Below are positions 44,898 through 61,598 of a DNA stretch of 64,000 nt, piece by piece. Under the pieces are notes generated by a model. The model saw nothing but the letters and a program-made list of their open reading frames with translations. It had not been told where the DNA came from and did not search any database. The first letter of the stretch is position 1, and each line of letters opens with the position of its first letter. Location of the stretch: assembly GCF_009914755.1 (NCBI RefSeq), contig NC_060933.1, one strand, 5' to 3'. The translations under genes were made by a program, and so were the position numbers. The stretch comes from the human T2T-CHM13v2.0 reference genome, Homo sapiens.

Positions 44898-46844
44898 ATG
44901 ACCCAGTTTAGAAGTTAATACTTCTCTTTCATTCTTTCAGTGAATAAACCAGCAGACCAATTCAGAGCCCATTTCAGTGGTGCAGGTGAGAGGTGTTAGA
45001 GACCTGGACAAGGTGGTGGCAGATGAAGATGGAGAGAAGAGGTGGGTCTCAGATTTATGTTAGACATGGTATCCATATCTTGGTGATGGTTTGAACATGG
45101 GGCATGACGTAAAAGGGAATTTCTGGCCTAAATATTTGGGTGGGCCATGGTGCCATTTACTGAAATCAGATAACTGGGAGAAGGATGAGTTTGGGTCACA
45201 TATTATAAATGACATCAGTTGGCACAGTTGTGTGACTTTCTCCAGCAATGCTGAGCTGGCATAGGGGAAGTGGGTCTCAGATTTCATTCATAAGCAAAGG
45301 TTTGCTGTGTGTGTGCAATAGGGGAGAGAGGGCAAGGGAGTTGAAGACATTTACAAGGGAATGGTTAGCACAATGTTGGACTAAGGACTCTAAATTCATA
45401 GACAGGAAAATGAAAGCAGGAATGAGCAGTTGGTCACAGAAAAGATGGTGGGATGTAAGCTGGAGGAATAGGAGTGTGTGGTCTTATTCACCTTGGTAGA
45501 CATAGCTCCTGGCACATAGTAAAAGCTCAATGAATATTTGCAATGAAGCTGAAGTAATTATATATATTTTATTTTTTTAGAGATAGGATCTCGCTATGTT
45601 GCCCAGGCTGACCTCCTGCCTCATGCATCCCTCACCAAGCTTAACAGGTAATTACTGACCTGAGGGTGGGTGATAGATTGAATCACACATTTCTCCAGTT
45701 CTCTAGTTCTTGGATTCAGCAGTCTTTTTGAGTGAGTCCTTTGTATTTCTCTCTTCAATTTCTTCCCCTTAAGGGTCAGCACACAAGAAATTCTCTGCTT
45801 CCAGTCTCCAGTGGGGTATAAATAAGAGTTTCTGATGCCCACTCCTGAAGTTACTCTGTGCTTGTGGGAAGGTGGATCTACTATGGACTGATCTCTGGAT
45901 ATTTCATTCATTCATTTAGCCATCCATTCATTCATTTATCTGTTCATTCAATAAGTCCTCACTAATAACCTACTACGTGCCTACCCTCAGGCTTTTGAGG
46001 TTTAGAGATAACAAAATGAATGGATGAGTAGATGGCCAAAAAAGTTTTGGTTATTAGGGAGCTACAAATAGCACCAGAGTTTCTGAATGTGAACTTTTTG
46101 GCTCTCCGCCCTTCATACACAGTTATATTGAGACTAAAGGAGGGAAAAAGCTTTTATTCTTTTGCCTGCTGTGTTGTTTTACAATTTTATAAAAATGTAC
46201 AATGCTCTGAAGAAGCTCAGGCAGAAATAAATCTTTCTATGGTATCTAAAAATGTACAGATCTATCTCTCTAAGAGCCATGGTGGGGTCAGCAGTTGCGC
46301 CCCCGTAAAGAGTGGGTTGCAGAGTTTCACCCCTTTAACGTTTTTAAAGCCACTGAGGTGTTATTTTTTAGAATGGTTTTACCTATTTAAGGGTAATGCT
46401 CATCAACCCTTCTTCAGAATTTGTGCAATCTTCCATGAGAGACACGTCATTTAATTTCTAGAATCAGCCCTGTATATTGTTTTCCTAAACTGTCTGCCAC
46501 CCCCAGGCAATCTGTGAAGAAGAAATCTCTCCTCAAAGTAAAGGAAACCAGGCTTTCAGGTACTTTACTGTTGCAGGCCGGAGGGGGCAAGTCTCAGAGG
46601 GATTCACTGAGTACCCAGCATGGTGGGGTGCATAATAGATGCTCAGCAGATTCTTGTTTGACTTACGGATTGACAAAAATTTCACGAGGGCTGCAATGTG
46701 TCCCCAGTGCCTAGTATAGGGCCTCCTACTTTGTAGGTGCTCCATGAAGATGTTTATAGAATGAATGCACAAGTGAAGATTACAGGGGAAGACTGAGCTT
46801 TGGAAATCCTGCAGTGTGCTCTAGAGTTGACTCATTTGATTCTT

Positions 46845-48180
<1,336 letters not shown>

Positions 48181-48322
48181 AATTCCCCTCTGGCTCTGAA
48201 CAGTAATATGAAATGATTTTAGATTATTTTTGCTTGTGTTCTTCATTCTTTTGGGAAGAAAGGGAAGAGGTTAGGAGGCAGTCCTCCTCAGCCAGTACAC
48301 CAATCTGACCTGCTCCTCCTTC

Positions 48323-49158
48323 TGAGATGGGAAAAGTTCCCTTGTCCCCCTCGCAGAGCATGCCATGGGGCTGTGACTCGCTTCTTCAGTGCCCCCCGCT
48401 GCTCAAACCTCTAGGGGGAGCAGGCAGATGAGCAGGTTGTGGGGCTCTGACCCCACGGCAGCGTCTGGGGGTGAATGTTTACAGCTCCTGAAGCCCCAGT
48501 GGGGCATGTGTTACAGTGTGCTCTTTTAGTTTTGCTATCTGTAGGCGGCTTGTGTTAATCAGCTCAATTAGACACTCTGCCTTATTGCAAGGACAGAGGG
48601 CTTTTCGTCTTGGGGTTCTTGCCTTAGTGTATCGGAAAAATTGCATCACATGTGGGCACAGTTAAGTGTTTTGAATTTTATCCTACATACAAAAATACAT
48701 GGAGAATGAGTGCAGGGTTTTATTGAATGGTGGAAGTAGCTCTCAGCAGATGGATGGGGAGCCAGAAGGGGGACAGAGTGGGAAGGTGGTTTTCCCTGGA
48801 GTCTGTTGCTCAGTAGCCAGACTCAACTCCAACCACCCCGGCCAAATTCCTCTGGCTTCCTTGTTCCACCGGTGGATGGCCTGCCAGGGTCTGCTGGAGC
48901 CTGCCAGTATGTTCTGCCCGTGTGCTCCTCTTGACGTCCAGCTGCTTGTGTCTCTACCCACTAGGGTTTCGGGGGTTTTTATAGGCACAGAATGGGGGCA
49001 TGGCGGGCCAGGGTCATCTTGGAAAATGCAACATTTGGGTGTGAAAACAGGAGTGCCTGTCCTCACCTAGGTCCGTGGGCACAGACCCGAGGGTGGCTCC
49101 CTCGCCAGGGACCCCACCCTTCTCCTCCCAGCACTTCCCTGCCCCTGCTCCTGTATCA
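48323..49158 (-). mobile_element. MER52-like (ERV1) solo LTR
   Basis: TG...CA termini with a perfect 4-bp TSD CTTC (48319-48322, 49159-49162). GGAAAAGTTCCCTTGTCCCCCTCGCAG and GGAAAATGCAACATTTGGG motifs. Confidence 0.85.
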
Positions 49159-49362
49159 CTTCTTCATTCTCTACCTTGTGGAATGTGCCGCTTCAACCAT
49201 CACTGAAGTAAAAATCTCCGGTTTAGTTGTTACTCCTTTCCTTCATGCAAGAGTGCCATGACCCAAACTACAGAGGGGCAGCTGTAAGGAGAGTGAGTAC
49301 CAGAAAGTCAGGAGCACGGTTCGTGGGAAGAGGAAGAAGATCGGGGAAAAAGAAGAGCATCG

Positions 49363-49770
49363 TTTTATTTTTTTCTTTCTTTCTTTTTTTTTTTGAGCCA
49401 GAGTCTCGCTCTGTCACCCAGGCTGGAGAGCAGTGGTGTGATCTCTGCTCACTGCAACCACTACCTCCCAGGTTCAAGTGATTCTGGCACCTCAGCCTCC
49501 TGAGTAGCTGGGATTACAGGAGTGCACCATGACGCCAGGCTAATTTTTGTATTTCTATTAGAGACAGAGTTTTACCATGTTTGGCTATGCTGGTCTTGAA
49601 CTCCTGATCTGAAGTGATCTGCCCACCTTAGCCTCCCAAAGTGTTGAGATTACGGGCAAGATGGAGTCTTGCCACATTGCCCAGGCTGGTCTTGAACTCC
49701 TGGATGCAAGCCATCCTCCCACCTCAGACTCCCAAAGTGCTGGGATTCCAGGCATGAGCCACTGTGCCCA
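49363..49770 (-). mobile_element. AluS followed by an extra left monomer
   Basis: Alu body, then a second left-arm sequence from about 49658. Confidence 0.88.
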
Positions 49771-50634
49771 GTAAAGAACATTATTTCCTGAGCCTTTCAG
49801 ACAACCTCCGCTGTTACATGCAGCTTGGTTTGTCTTGACTCATGTTGGGGGAGGGCTTGCTTACCACTCATGATGTTGCTTCCATGTAGCAGGGCCTTCT
49901 ATTACAGTAATATTCTGGACTTTCCGTATCCTTTGACTCACCCCTCCCAGGAGAAGATGGGTGACTTAATAGAATGATGAGTTTTGTAGAGGGAAGTGAG
50001 TTGTGTGGCTCAATTCCTCCCTCTCATGGGCCTGGCCAGCCAGCAGAGAGCCCCTATCCTGCTCTGCTCCAGTACCACTTACCTTTGCCTCTGCTGGGGG
50101 CCTGCAGGCCTCCAGAGCTGCCTGTGACTGGGTGGGTGAGTCTGTCTGATTCTGGGATTTAGTATTAGAAAGCTCAATCTCGCTGCACACCTACGGCCTA
50201 TCTCCCCACCCAGCCTTTATGAGTAATACGGGTGGTGTTTCATCTCCATCTGCCTGACTCTTGTGACTGTCTCAATTGGTTCCAAGCTTGGGTGGAAAAG
50301 GGACTTCTTCAAATCTCAACAGCTGAAGTCTAGTACTTGAGTAGGAGTCGGGGCTGATCTGGTTGAACAGGCCAGGAAGAAACAGACTGCATTTCCTTGG
50401 CTCAGCCGTTACACAGTTTGCACTGGACAAATCCCATTTTCTTCTTGTGCCTGCCTTGAGGACTGCCATGCACTCCCTGACAGTTGCTGTTCCCTTCCCT
50501 CCATGGGAGGTTAGCCTTTGCTGCTGCTGTTTGGCTGCAGCAGCTGCAGACCTTTCTGCCAGCATCTTCTGCTTGACTAACACCATAGATGGGGAAGGAG
50601 ACTTCAGGAACAAAGAGCTAGAAGAGCGGGCAGA

Positions 50635-51051
50635 GGCTGGGCATGGTGGCTCACACCTATAATCCGAGCACTTAAGAAACACAATTTAAGAATCTTAAGT
50701 CAGATCTTTCTATCACAGGGTTGCGGTGAACACAAAACCTTCTCCATACATGTCCCTGCCTAACCACAATTTAAGCACAGTGTTTTGTAAATAATGGAGG
50801 CCAAGGCAGGAGGATTGTTTGAGACCTGAAGTTCAAGACCAGCCTGGGCAACATAGTGTGACCCCTGTCTCTACAAAAAGTACAAAAATTAGCTGGGCGT
50901 GTTGGTGCACACTTATAGTCCCAGCTACTCAGGAAGCTGAATGAGGCAGGAGGATTGCTTGAGCCCAGGAGGTCGAGGCTGCTGTGAGCTATGATCATGC
51001 CACTGCACTCCAGCCTGGGCAATACAGCAAGACTGTCTCAAAAAAAAAAAA
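50635..51051 (+). mobile_element. AluJ interrupted by a non-Alu insert (50670-50797)
   Basis: GGCTGGGCATGGTGGCTCACACCTATAATCCGAGCACTT, then the insert, then TGGAGGCCAAGGCAGGAGG and a poly-A tail. Confidence 0.92.
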
Positions 51052-51796
51052 TTCAATGTCAAAAGAGACAAGGATGAGACTGTTTTCACATTTCTACTGT
51101 CCTCACGGTTAGTTCTTTGAATCAAATCCCTCTTCCAACTTGGGATCTAATTTCCTTGGAAAGAGAGTATATGGAAAGCAAGAAGTTAAGGACCAGGGTC
51201 CTTTTTCTGACCACATTGCTGGCTGTGTGGCCTGGAGCACCACCCTCCTTCCTCTGCCTGAAATTCACTGCATATTAAGTACAGGTTGGGGGTGTGCTAC
51301 ATCGGTTCCTCTTAGTTTTGTAGAAGTACACTCTCACTAGAGTGCACAATCTATATTGAGTATGCACTGTGTCCTTGGCACTCTATTGGGTGCTATGAGG
51401 GACACAGGAGTGAGCCCTTCACAATTGCCTGGCATCTCTGGTAAGGGATGTCAGCTTCAAGCTTCGGAGAAGCTGCTTCCTAAGAATGGGACAGATAAAG
51501 TACTATGGAATTTTGATAAACCAGAACTGATCTCTAAAACTTTCTATTTAAGTCATCAAGCATTTACCAGACAAATTTCTTCAGGGGAGGGCCCCATACG
51601 ACTCTTGTCTGGTTCTCACCTTGCCTATCCCAGGGAAGTTAGTGGATATGTATTGACTGTGTTGGCACCCATTATTTACAAAACACTGTGCTTAAATTGT
51701 GGTTAGGCAGGGACATGTATGGAGAAGGTTTTGTGCTCACCACAACCCTGTGATAGAAAGATCTGACTTAAGATTCTTAAATTGTGTTTCTTAAGT
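50670..51796. repeat. 128-bp inverted repeat, 126/128 identical, with an 871-bp spacer
   Basis: 50670-50797 is the reverse complement of 51669-51796 with two substitutions. Confidence 0.95.
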
Positions 51797-51811
51797 ATTT
51801 ACCTTGGTCCT

Positions 51812-51955
51812 GTTTTCTTTTCTTCTCTTCTCTAATGACTTCTTTTCTTTTTTCTTTTCTTTCTTTCTCTTTCTTTCCTCTTTTCTTTTCTTTCTTTCTT
51901 TCTTTCTTTCTTGCTGTCTCTCTCTCTCTCTTTCTTTCCTTTTTCTGTTTTCTCC
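51812..51955. repeat. CT-rich low-complexity tract
   Basis: TTTC/TC runs. Confidence 0.9.
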
Positions 51956-52169
51956 TCATGTGAGCTTTTTCTCTCCCTCCAAAACCAGTCAGATGGCTAC
52001 ATCTAATGGGCCTGTGGTTCTCTTGCTAGAAACACAGCACTTTGTAAAACTTGTTTTGTATTAGATTCCCTTAAATGTCTACATGTGGCACATGAGCAGG
52101 AGGGCAGTGACATCCACAGAAGGCCTCAAGGCTGGAAAGGATGGTCTTCAAGTGTGAAGTGCCAAGTGA

Positions 52170-52761
<592 letters not shown>

Positions 52762-54276
52762 TTGTTATTGATGTTTCTGATAATCTAGGCAGCTAAAATT
52801 TGTATCACCCTTAAGAACTTACAGACAGGACTGTAAGATGTGAGAAGGTATTAATATGGTCACTTACAGAGGCTCTGAGAGTCTAGGCCTTTTGACCTGG
52901 CCTGTTGACTCCAATCTCAGTGTTATTCCACAGCCCCAGAGTTTCAAGATAGCAAGAAGCTTCTCCTCCCTTCCCTCCATCCTCATAAGTCATCTGCCTT
53001 GGAGGACCTAAAGCCTTGGATTTTCCAGACTATTCCACAGCTTCTTGGAGATAAGCTCATGAGAATTGCCTTGAAACACACACACGGTGATTTTTGTGCT
53101 AGATACTTACTTTTTGGTATTTCCTGCTGGAGCTGGGCTTGGGTGGAGTTCCCTTTAGAAGCGCCAGAGTTTTCCTGTTTGTGCAGTTAATTATCAAAAC
53201 CTTAAATAAACTCTGTTATGTGTTCAGAATAATAACAACTCAACAACTATTCATTAAGCACCTACTATGAGCCTGGCACTGTTCTAGCAGCTGGGGATAC
53301 AACAGTGACCTCAGCCGACCCTGCTTTCAGAGAGCTCTCAGTCTGGTCTGGGACACAGATTAGTAAACAGGCATTTGCCTTCCACGTGGTAAATGCCATG
53401 AAGGACAAAGTCCAGGGTGTTGGGGACGGGAGGTGTGGTACAAATAGCAGGCAGCCAACCCAATCTCAGAAGTGACAGGGCTTGAAGGGGGGAGAGGGGT
53501 GTGTGGTGTGCCAGGAGAGACTTCCCAGAGCCAGAGACAGCTAAACTGCATGCTAGATATAAGAAACTATTTCTTGTAGAATCTGTTCTCAATTATCTGC
53601 AAGTAGATTATTCCGGTAACTTGCAAGAAAACTTTTTTCAAGTCTCTTTACAGTGGCTTGAGCATCTCAACTTCCTCTATTTATGCTGCACGTTAACGCA
53701 GAGGCATCCAATCTAATGTAGGTGGAGGCACAAACTGGAGAGCCTCCTTGCAGGAAGGTTTGGGATTAGGCGAATCACTGCATTTCCTGCTTGGAAAAAG
53801 GAGATGGAAGAAGTGAAGTTAGGCAAGATAAGCAAAGTGCTTCCTGGATACAAGTAATTCAGGTCTTTATAGGAAACTTTATTATTTCATTCGAAGTGTC
53901 TTTTTGGGATGTCAAGCAGGTACATCTCTGTTCAAATTACATAAAGCAACAAAACACATTCCAGGGCCACCAGATGTAAATGACTTGTGCATTATTCTCT
54001 TTTTAGATTTTCCTTGCCATTGTTTCCCTCCACTAGTACACATGATAAAGACCAACTTCTTGCCAAAAGAAAAAACGGGGTGGGGTTGGGGAACAACACA
54101 AAGGCTTCTGTGTGTCTGGTCTTTGCTGTTTCTTATGGTTAGTCTTGGATCTACTTTTGACCTCTTGGTCAGGCAATAAAATGCCTATTTGTTTAATTTT
54201 AAAATCAACTTTATTGAGGTATAATTTACATACAATAAGTGCACCCATTTCAAGCATATAGTTCTATGAATGTTGA

Positions 54277-54717
<441 letters not shown>

Positions 54718-55499
54718 TGAGGCTGGTCTTGAACTCCTGACCTCATGTTCTGCCTGCCTTGGCCTCCCAAAGTGTTGGGATTACAGGCGTGAGCCACCAC
54801 GCCCAGCCGATGCTGACATTTTCAACTTCCAATAGTTCTTTGGTACCTTTCGCAGTTGCCCCCATGCCAGCCCCAGGTACCACTGACCTGCTTTCTGTCA
54901 CCATAGATTAATTTTGCCTGTTCTAGAATTTCCAATAAATGGAATCATACCATGAGTATTCTTTTGTGTCCAGCTCTTTTGTTTTTGAGATTCATCCTTC
55001 TTGTTGTAGGTATCAGAGTTCATTCCTTTTTATTTAAAATGCAGATTTTTGAAGTAGCAAACCAATTGCTCAGCAAGATGACCAGACCTAGGAGGTCCCT
55101 CTGGTCTAAAAATTCTATCAACTTGCACAGGAAATGAAGGCCTGAGAATTACATCAGGTTAGTACAGATCACATTGAAGAAGCAGCCGAGCACATGAATT
55201 TCTGAGCTCCAGGAGCCCAGGAGGACAGGGAGAGATGAAGCCCCGGTGAATGATAGAATATATTACAGAGGATGACAGGGCTATTTGTTCAGTTCCGTTA
55301 TGAGCTCAGCAAAATGTGACAATCCTGGGAAATATAAATATATATTGCTATATTTATATGTGTGTTTGTCTCGGGAGGCCTGGCGGGGAGTGGTGGGTGG
55401 AAGAGTGGGTTTCCTGGAGGATTTGAGTAGGCAGAGATAACTGGGCAGAGCAGAGTCTGTGTCAGGCTGCATCGATACATATTCAATAAATAAACATTA

Positions 55500-57226
<1,727 letters not shown>

Positions 57227-59892
57227 TACTCCGCTTATGTTCTCAGATTCTTCCTTGTTTCCCTTTATCTTGGTGCTAGATTTACAATGATCTGGGTGAT
57301 TATCCCATCAATGACCATCTCCCCTACTAGAGTGCTGGCTCTGGGAAGCCAGGATCCATGTCTTTTGCTCTTAGCTGTATCTCTAGGACCCTGGCATAGT
57401 TTCTAGAACATAGTAATTGCTTAGTAAATATTGACTGACTGAATGAATGATCTGAAGTTTCTCCAGTTTCCTCACAGGCGCTCACTGGTCTCCTGGATAA
57501 ATACTTTTCAGCCTTTGCTGAGAAATGGGCTGGGAATGCATAATATAAAACCCCTGAGAGGGACACAAGGTCTCCCTCCTACTGCCAGTCTTCTGGGGGT
57601 GTTTAGAGAGATGCAATGTCCAGGGCAATGTGACAGTATTTTACTCCAGAGGACCAAAATTTAGCAACTAGAAGCTGATTCTAGAGGGTGGGCCTTGAAA
57701 GTTATGTAGAATTTGAATGGATGATTAGGAGGAAATATGAAAAACATTTTAATGAAATACTATGTCATTTAAATACACACACATTCTGAATTAAATACAC
57801 ATTCTTGGATCCCTGTTCTTCTCAACAAAAGTACACTGAGTCTCCAGTTCTCATTAGGAAGCTGATAAATATCTATTTCCTTCTATTCCTGCCACAGTAA
57901 CTCCCCAGCTATATAAAATTTACAAACTGCTTTGGAAGCATTTGTGGAAAAAAGTGCCAGAGCTCTGTATGTGATTATTGAAATAAATGCTGATTGAGAG
58001 ATTTCCCAGGTGGATACTTAAAACAGACATGGGCACATATGTACACTCACACCCCACACACAGGATACTTTAGGCTGTGATCAATGGAGATAAATTTTCC
58101 CACCTGACAGTTGACTGTAAATCAATCAGTGGTTTTAATAGTCACCAGATTTCTGCTCCTGTTTGCTGCTGTCTCAGGCAATCATTCACCCGCTGGGACA
58201 CAGGACCTCAAGGATCTTGGCTTTTTGTCATCACTGCACATGGAGACATGGTGCTTAGCAGCAAGGTAAATATTGTCATACTGCGTATGTGAGAGGCAAG
58301 AATAAGTAAGTCAGGACATCCTTAGAAAAGTTTATCTCTGGATCCCCACTTTCCTTACCAATAGACTAATAGGAAGTCATGAATTTCCCAGGTTTTTACC
58401 AAATCAAAAGATTTTCATGACACTGTATAAGCTGGAAAGTAGTTGAGGGTCAGTAAATATCGAATGAATAGTTTCGAAGGTGAACATGCACTCCTGATTT
58501 TTGGGTTAGATTCTTGAACTTGCCCCTCCTGACTTTATTATCCTGTCCATCAAGGTTTGCTTGGAGTTACTTGAACAAGCCAGGCTGTTCCACACCCCAG
58601 TACCTTTGCATATGCTGCTCTTGGTGCCTGGATTGGAATGCTTTCCATTAATCCAAGTGGGCTGAGGACATCTGATCTTTCGACACCTGGCACCAGGATT
58701 GTCTTTCATCTCCTTTATGAAGTTTTTATTGACTGACTCTCCCACACCCAGAATGAGCCACTCTATCCTGTCCAAATTTGATTGCACATATCTATTTAAT
58801 AAGATGTGACTGGGACCTTTGGGAAGTCCCTGCTCACACCCTGTACCCACGTGGAAGCCATAATCAATGCTTCACTGCAGCCCACTTGCCCCCTTGCTAC
58901 CTCTCAAGCCACCCCGAAAGCATTTCAGCTATGTGGATTTGACTGAAATGCTCACAAGGGAGAAAAGTGGAGGGCTTACACTGAACACCATATGGCCAAA
59001 CTTTATACAAATCCCCGTTAAAAATCTTCCTTCATTCCCAAAGCCTTTTCTCCCACTGCCAGCTGCCTTATCTCCCCTATCCTTTCCAATCCTCCTCTCT
59101 CCACTCTCCTCCAGCTGCACTGGCTCCAGCCTCCTTCCACCCCTGGATTCTTCACCACTACCTCAATCCCATTTAGCAATTTAGTGCACTCACCCTTTCT
59201 CCTTCATTATCTGGCATGCTTGAAGCTTTAGGTTATGTTCATCAGATCTCTTTGAGATCAATCCCTCTTAAAAGACAAGGGTATTGTAAATAGGCAACAC
59301 ATATATTCTCCTCCTGCTAGAGACTGGAGCAACTTGAGGGCAAGAATCAAGCCTCATATACCTTTGCATCTCTAATGCAAAATATTTAAAATGTTTGTGA
59401 AATGAAGAAAGAAATAAAAGAATGTAGCCACCTATTAGAATCCATAAAGTTCTACTCTAATCATGGTTTTCTCCCGTTTGAACATTTTCTACGTCTTCTC
59501 AATTAATGCCTTGGCCTCAACTGCCATTTCTCCTTGACTCCAGCACTCTGCTCAGCAATGATGGACCTTCTTTCCCTTAAGCCCACACTGCATATTCTTT
59601 CCTTCAGGTGTTCCTTTGGGTTGTCCCTTCATGCCTGGAGTAATCTATGTCATTTATGAGGGTGATTGGTGGTGGGTTACCATCACCCTATTGAAATTGA
59701 AGGTGGATGTAACTCGTCTGGTCTTGCAGGTCCAGCCAAATCCTTCCCACTCTTCAAGACTCAACATAGGCCTTACCCCTCAGGATACTTCATTGAGGTC
59801 TCTAGCCCAGGCATGAATCTCTGTTGAGTCCTTGGGATATATATAAGCCTTGAAAGCACCCACTCTAAGGGCACTTAGTTATTTGGCTTGCT

Positions 59893-60347
59893 CTGTTGTG
59901 GAATGTGGGGGATGAGGCTTTGAAGCCATTCCTCTTCTCAGACTATGGTCATTATTAGGGCTATTCACCAAATTTTTCAAGGTTTCCTCCACTTCCAGAC
60001 TTGTGGTAGGTTTGTATATAACTTGGCATTGTGTGTGGCCGATTTGCTTTGGCCAATGAAATATGAGCAGAATTGGCATGAGTCCCTTTGGAAAAGAAGC
60101 TTACAGGGGAAGAAGTGTTAAGAGCTGGTGAGCGATCGACCACACTTTCCTTCCCCTGGCATGGTGATTAGCAATGTTTGAGATATGTGGCAGATTGCCC
60201 ATTAGACTGGGTCCTCGGGTGAGGACCCAGCTGATTCACAATGGGCATCTGGTGAAGGCAGTAAACATACCTTTTTTTCGTTAGGCCATTCAGATACAGA
60301 GGTTATTTGTTACTGCAGCACAACCTATCCTATTCAGACAGACTATA
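59893..60347 (+). mobile_element. MLT1J/I-like MaLR LTR
   Basis: TTGCTTTGGCCAATGAAATATGAGCAGAA and TTATTTGTTACTGCAGCACAACCTA motifs. Confidence 0.7.
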
Positions 60348-60651
60348 ATTTCCTTGAGGGCAGGAGACATGCTTAACTCACCTTTCTATCCCCTATAGAA
60401 CATAGTAGAAGATCTTGTGGATGTTCAATAACTATTGCTGATTATGTATACTGAGATAGGGTAAACTACATGAGACTGGAGAGTGGGACTTGGTCTCAGA
60501 ACTTCAACTTGAGATCTCAGTCTCTAAAAAATCAAGATAAATATACAAGATGATTCTACCTGTATTCTAATAAGAGTCTCTGGAGCACAATTCTGAAAAA
60601 CATTTTCTTTTGAAAAAACTTTTTTAAAAATGAAAGAAGATTCTTGCATAC

Positions 60652-60895
60652 AGGGAGGCAGAATAGTGTAATCAAAGGAATCTGGGCTTTCAACCTTGGA
60701 TAGACTTGGGTTTAAGTGCCAGCTCTGCCATGTCCATGGCTGCATGATCTCGGACAAGTTATTTAAGCTCTTTGAGTCTTGGTTTCTTATCTATAACAGG
60801 GATGATATCAACACCTACTCTACAGGATTACTGTGGGGTTGAAATGAGAGAATGTATGTAAAGTACTTGATACATTATGTGTGATCAACAAATGT
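60652..60895 (+). mobile_element. MIR
   Basis: AGACTTGGGTTTAAGTGCCAGCTCTGCCA...GGACAAGTTATTTAA...TTTCTTATCTATAA...AAATGAGAGAATGTATGTAAAGT. Confidence 0.85.
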
Positions 60896-61267
60896 CATTC
60901 TGTTAGGTCTTTGCTCCCACCAGGTGTGTGTGGGTTGGTGCAAACTCTTGCTTAATTCTCTGAGAACTCCCCTTCATTTACTCCTTCTGAGATCTTGGTT
61001 ACATGCCCAGTCCCTGGATTTATTTAGCTTGGTCCAGGTCAGATCCTTAAGGTTTTGCATTTACTGCCCCAGGCACACTCTGGCCTGAGAAATTCCATCT
61101 ACGACTGGCTGGAGTTGGCACTAGCCCTTGGCAAATAACTTCAATTGGGAGAGAAGTGTTTTTGAGACAGGCTCTTTGCTGCCAAAATTTTAAATAGGGC
61201 CTTCTGTGAGGGAGGTCTGGTCAGGGAAGTGAAGGGAGGTGATCTCCCCAGGGAAGAAAAAACTTAA

Positions 61268-61598
<331 letters not shown>

